A stretch of 34,922 nt of DNA from Octopus bimaculoides. Its lineage: Eukaryota. Shown piece by piece: positions 32,037 through 34,922 of this stretch (the stretch's first letter is position 1; each line of letters opens with the position of its first letter). Below the pieces are notes generated by a model that saw only the letters and a list, made by a program, of their open reading frames with translations, was not told the origin of the DNA and made no database searches. Both the position numbers and the translations under genes were made by a program. The DNA lies in NCBI RefSeq assembly GCF_001194135.2, contig NC_068982.1:132634073-132668994 (forward strand), given 5' to 3'.

Positions 32037-32718
32037 AAAAAAAAATCTTTACCTGTATGCACCAATGGAAAAAAAAAAACAAAGACATAATTTATTGAGA
32101 CATTATAAATTGCTCCAAATAATTCAGCAATCCATCCTGAACAAGATGCTTATTTATCATGGGAGATATGGTCTGACATGGAATAAAAAACTACTGAAGA
32201 CAATCTATTGTGAAAATTACTCAACAACGATGGATTACCCACTATATAAGAACGTGTGTGTATGTGTGTGTGCACATGTAAATAAGATATGTACACACGC
32301 ATGAATATATTTTTCTAATCTGTGTTCAAGTTTGATAAAACATTCAAAATCAAAAGCATCAATTATTGATGAGATTTATTTTTCATTTTCTTTTAAACTG
32401 ACAACTAAATATAACATTTAATTCATTACATGTCAGTGGCTTCAACATCTAAATTATGATTTAAATTATGAAAAGAAGTCATGTTTATTTCTGCATCACA
32501 TTCTTTAATCACAGTGTCCAACTTGAATATGGTGAATCATCATCAAAGTTGTTACAGTCTTGTAGTTTAATGTAAGTATTTTAGGGATTCGTAACACCAA
32601 TATCATCATTAAAGGCAGGGTTTACACTAAAACAATACAAGAAACAAAAATATAAGTTTTTTTATACATATATACAAGAAACAAAATAATGTTAATAAAT
32701 TAAAAGAATGCCCGCTAT

Positions 32719-32755
<37 letters not shown>

Positions 32756-32984
32756 ATGGTTTTTTTGTTGTTTTTGTTCTGGTGTGCTGTCTGGTTGGTT
32801 TCTAAATTTTTGTTGTAGTTGTTTATTTCTGTTTCTTGCCAAAGATTCCACTTGCTCACCAAGACAGGTCATTTTCACCCAGTGTGAATGATTTTTTATC
32901 CTTGGCAAGGTCGACCAGAGTTCACTTGGGATTAAATTACCACTACTGCCATCTTCCCCTGTCAGGATCACAACCTCCAGTACC

Positions 32985-33125
32985 AGTAGTACCACCACCA
33001 CCTCCAATACCAATACCACTATCACTGAGACTAGTAGCAGCATTACCACCACCACCACCACCACCACCACCACCACTACCATCACCATCACCAACATCAG
33101 CATTACAACCAGCATCACCATCATT
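32985..33125. repeat. (CCA/CAT)n low-complexity tract
   Basis: Directly visible; produces poly-Pro/Gly/Val ORFs. Confidence 0.9.
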
Positions 33126-33134
33126 TGTCCTGCA

Positions 33135-33263
33135 CACCCTATAAATTGGTTGGCATTAAGAAAGGTATCTTGTCAACACTGGAGCTTAATGCAGCCTTGA
33201 AGCTCACCACTTCCCATCAAATTATCCAACCCATGCTAGCTTGAAAAGCAGATATTGATTGAT

Positions 33264-33348
<85 letters not shown>
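33135..33348 (+). mobile_element. RTE-tail-derived SINE fragment ending in perfect (GAT)28 (33265-33348)
   Basis: TTGGTTGGCATTAAGAAAGG...CCAACCCATGCTAGC followed by 84 nt of GAT. Confidence 0.75.
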
Positions 33349-33777
33349 AAATAGATAGATAAATATACAATGAAGCATTGGCGCAAAGCAGTGTTCAAAT
33401 ATGAGCACAATTTAAATAAGCTGAAATATGTTTGTCACATATTTCAACTGCTAAAAGCAAATACACTGCAGATACCATGGAAAAAAAAAATCTCTCTCTC
33501 ATTCAAAGTTGCCTCTCTTAGGTATATCTCATTGACAAGAATCAAAAAACTCAAAACATCAATGCCTGAGATTCCTGACAGATGGTGACACTGAACAAAC
33601 TGGTGTTTTCACACCTTTTTACCATAAAAGAGATTTTTTCTCCATAGTAACTGCAGTGTATTTACCTTTAGCAGTTGAAATATGTCACAAACATATTTCA
33701 ACTAACCTAAATTGTGCTCACATGAAATATATATACATATATACATACATAAACAGACAGATAGACAGTTATATACA

Positions 33778-34558
33778 TGAGGGGGTACCCCCAAAAAACT
33801 GGAATTTTGCAATATTACTTTATTCATTTAGTTTTTTTACAAGTTTACACTTTCATTGCCATCTCCATTTGAAGCAATCCATCAGTCCAGATGTGTTTTT
33901 GTCATTAGTGATAACATTTGAATAAAAGGATCCTGATCAACTTCCAACAGTTCTTTCAGTTGACAACAAGCATTCATTCATGATTGCTTTTGAACTTCTG
34001 TGAGCAAGCGAGGTACAAATTTTGCTGCAACTCTTTTCATTCACAATTTCTCGATCAAAATTCATTAGTAGCAGCTCCAGGACACACCAATCATATCAAC
34101 AGGTTTGTCAATTGTTCAGCAATGGTCCTGCAAGATCAGTTCCTGAATTTTTATGATGTTTACATTCGTTTGGGAGGTCAGCAGTCGCTTTGAATGAGGT
34201 TGGTCTTCAGGCAACAAGTGACCATTCCTAAAGTGTGAAAAACCACTCATAAACTTGCGTTTTGCTAATGACAGTGTCCTTCTAAGCTGTTTGACGCATG
34301 AAAACTGTTTCAGCCAACGTTTTTCCCAGCAGAAAACAGAATATCATGGAAGAACGCTGTTTCTTCATTTCAGTAATCGGAAAAAATCGATGACCTGGAG
34401 AAGCACTGCGAAGCAAAGATGCACCACATGGCACTACCATGCCAGTCGGCAGACTGATACCTTAGTGTCACCTCAAGTGACTTCTAGCAGCAGAAGACTG
34501 AACTACAATGTGTTTGTCTCACAGAGAACGTTTCCAGTTACTTTTGGGCACCTCCTCA
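33778..34558 (-). mobile_element. Internally deleted mariner (Tc1/mariner) transposon
   Basis: TIRs TGAGGGGGTACCCCCAAAAAACTGGAA / TGAGGAGGTGCCCAAAAGTAACTGGAA; TA at 34559-34560 (CA on left). Minus-strand peptides FCFLLGKTLAETVFMRQTA*KD, MKRVAAKFVPRLL (34040-34002), FYSNVITND; most of the DD34D domain is deleted. Confidence 0.88.
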
Positions 34559-34639
34559 TACATATAAATATCTACTTACGGAGATGTAAACACACCAGCA
34601 TCGGTTGTAAAGTGATGTTGGGAAGACAAACACAGACAC

Positions 34640-34640
34640 A

Positions 34641-34737
<97 letters not shown>
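34640..34737. repeat. (CA)n followed by (GATA)n microsatellite
   Basis: Directly visible. Confidence 0.95.
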
Positions 34738-34922
34738 TTTTAGGGAAAATAACCAAGTTTCAAGAACTCATCGATGAAAATCCACTATCACATATAGAAA
34801 AATTAACAATTAAAAGCACAATAAATGAGTATAATATAAAACAAAGTAAATATCATAAGATAAAGATAATAAAATGACTACACGTGTTTCATAACTAATT
34901 TTCAAATAGAAAGGAAATTTAA

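Noticed and set aside
32194-32220. CTGAAGA-CAATCTATTG-T-GAAA-ATTA hammerhead-like string
   Set aside because: Helix I cannot form and helix II is only 3-4 bp; expected by chance in AT-rich DNA.
32627-33410. Poly-Val, poly-Pro, poly-Gly, poly-Ile and poly-Ser ORFs
   Set aside because: Translations of (CCA), (CAT), (CT) and (GAT)28 repeats.
1-34922. CRISPR arrays, rRNA, operons or other prokaryotic systems
   Set aside because: No repeat-spacer arrays or prokaryotic gene organisation; the window is spliced eukaryotic DNA.

Overview
AT-rich, repeat-dense eukaryotic genomic DNA with five N gaps. The tRNA-derived SINEs, RTE LINEs with (GAT)n tails, MITEs and microsatellites look like an octopus/coleoid cephalopod genome; this is an inference from recalled repeat families, not a database match. 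One protein-coding gene can be built by hand: a 6-exon AVEN (cell death regulator Aven) homologue on the minus strand, CDS 27663->15839, 1020 nt, 339 aa, all introns GT-AG with consistent phases. The rest is mostly decayed mobile DNA: Penelope-like element (PLE), pogo/POGK-like, Tigger-like, mariner and piggyBac-like MITEs, a Chapaev3-like transposon, a deleted mariner, a Helitron helicase scrap, three young RTE copies and many SINEs. The most interesting signal is RNA-structural: two type I hammerhead ribozymes with intact cores sit in a ~146-bp inverted repeat (6241-6325 minus, 6668-6752 plus) within and next to the PLE GIY-YIG relic. A second, decayed outward-facing hammerhead pair lies at 440-560 (minus) and 895-940 (plus). 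Other points: a splice acceptor immediately followed by GTGAGT at AVEN exon 2, an Aven N-terminus without the vertebrate RGG/RG tract, a CpG-retaining promoter zone with repeated motifs, and a perfect 80-bp-arm palindrome at a gap edge that may be an artefact. All alignments and folds were done by eye and need computational confirmation.
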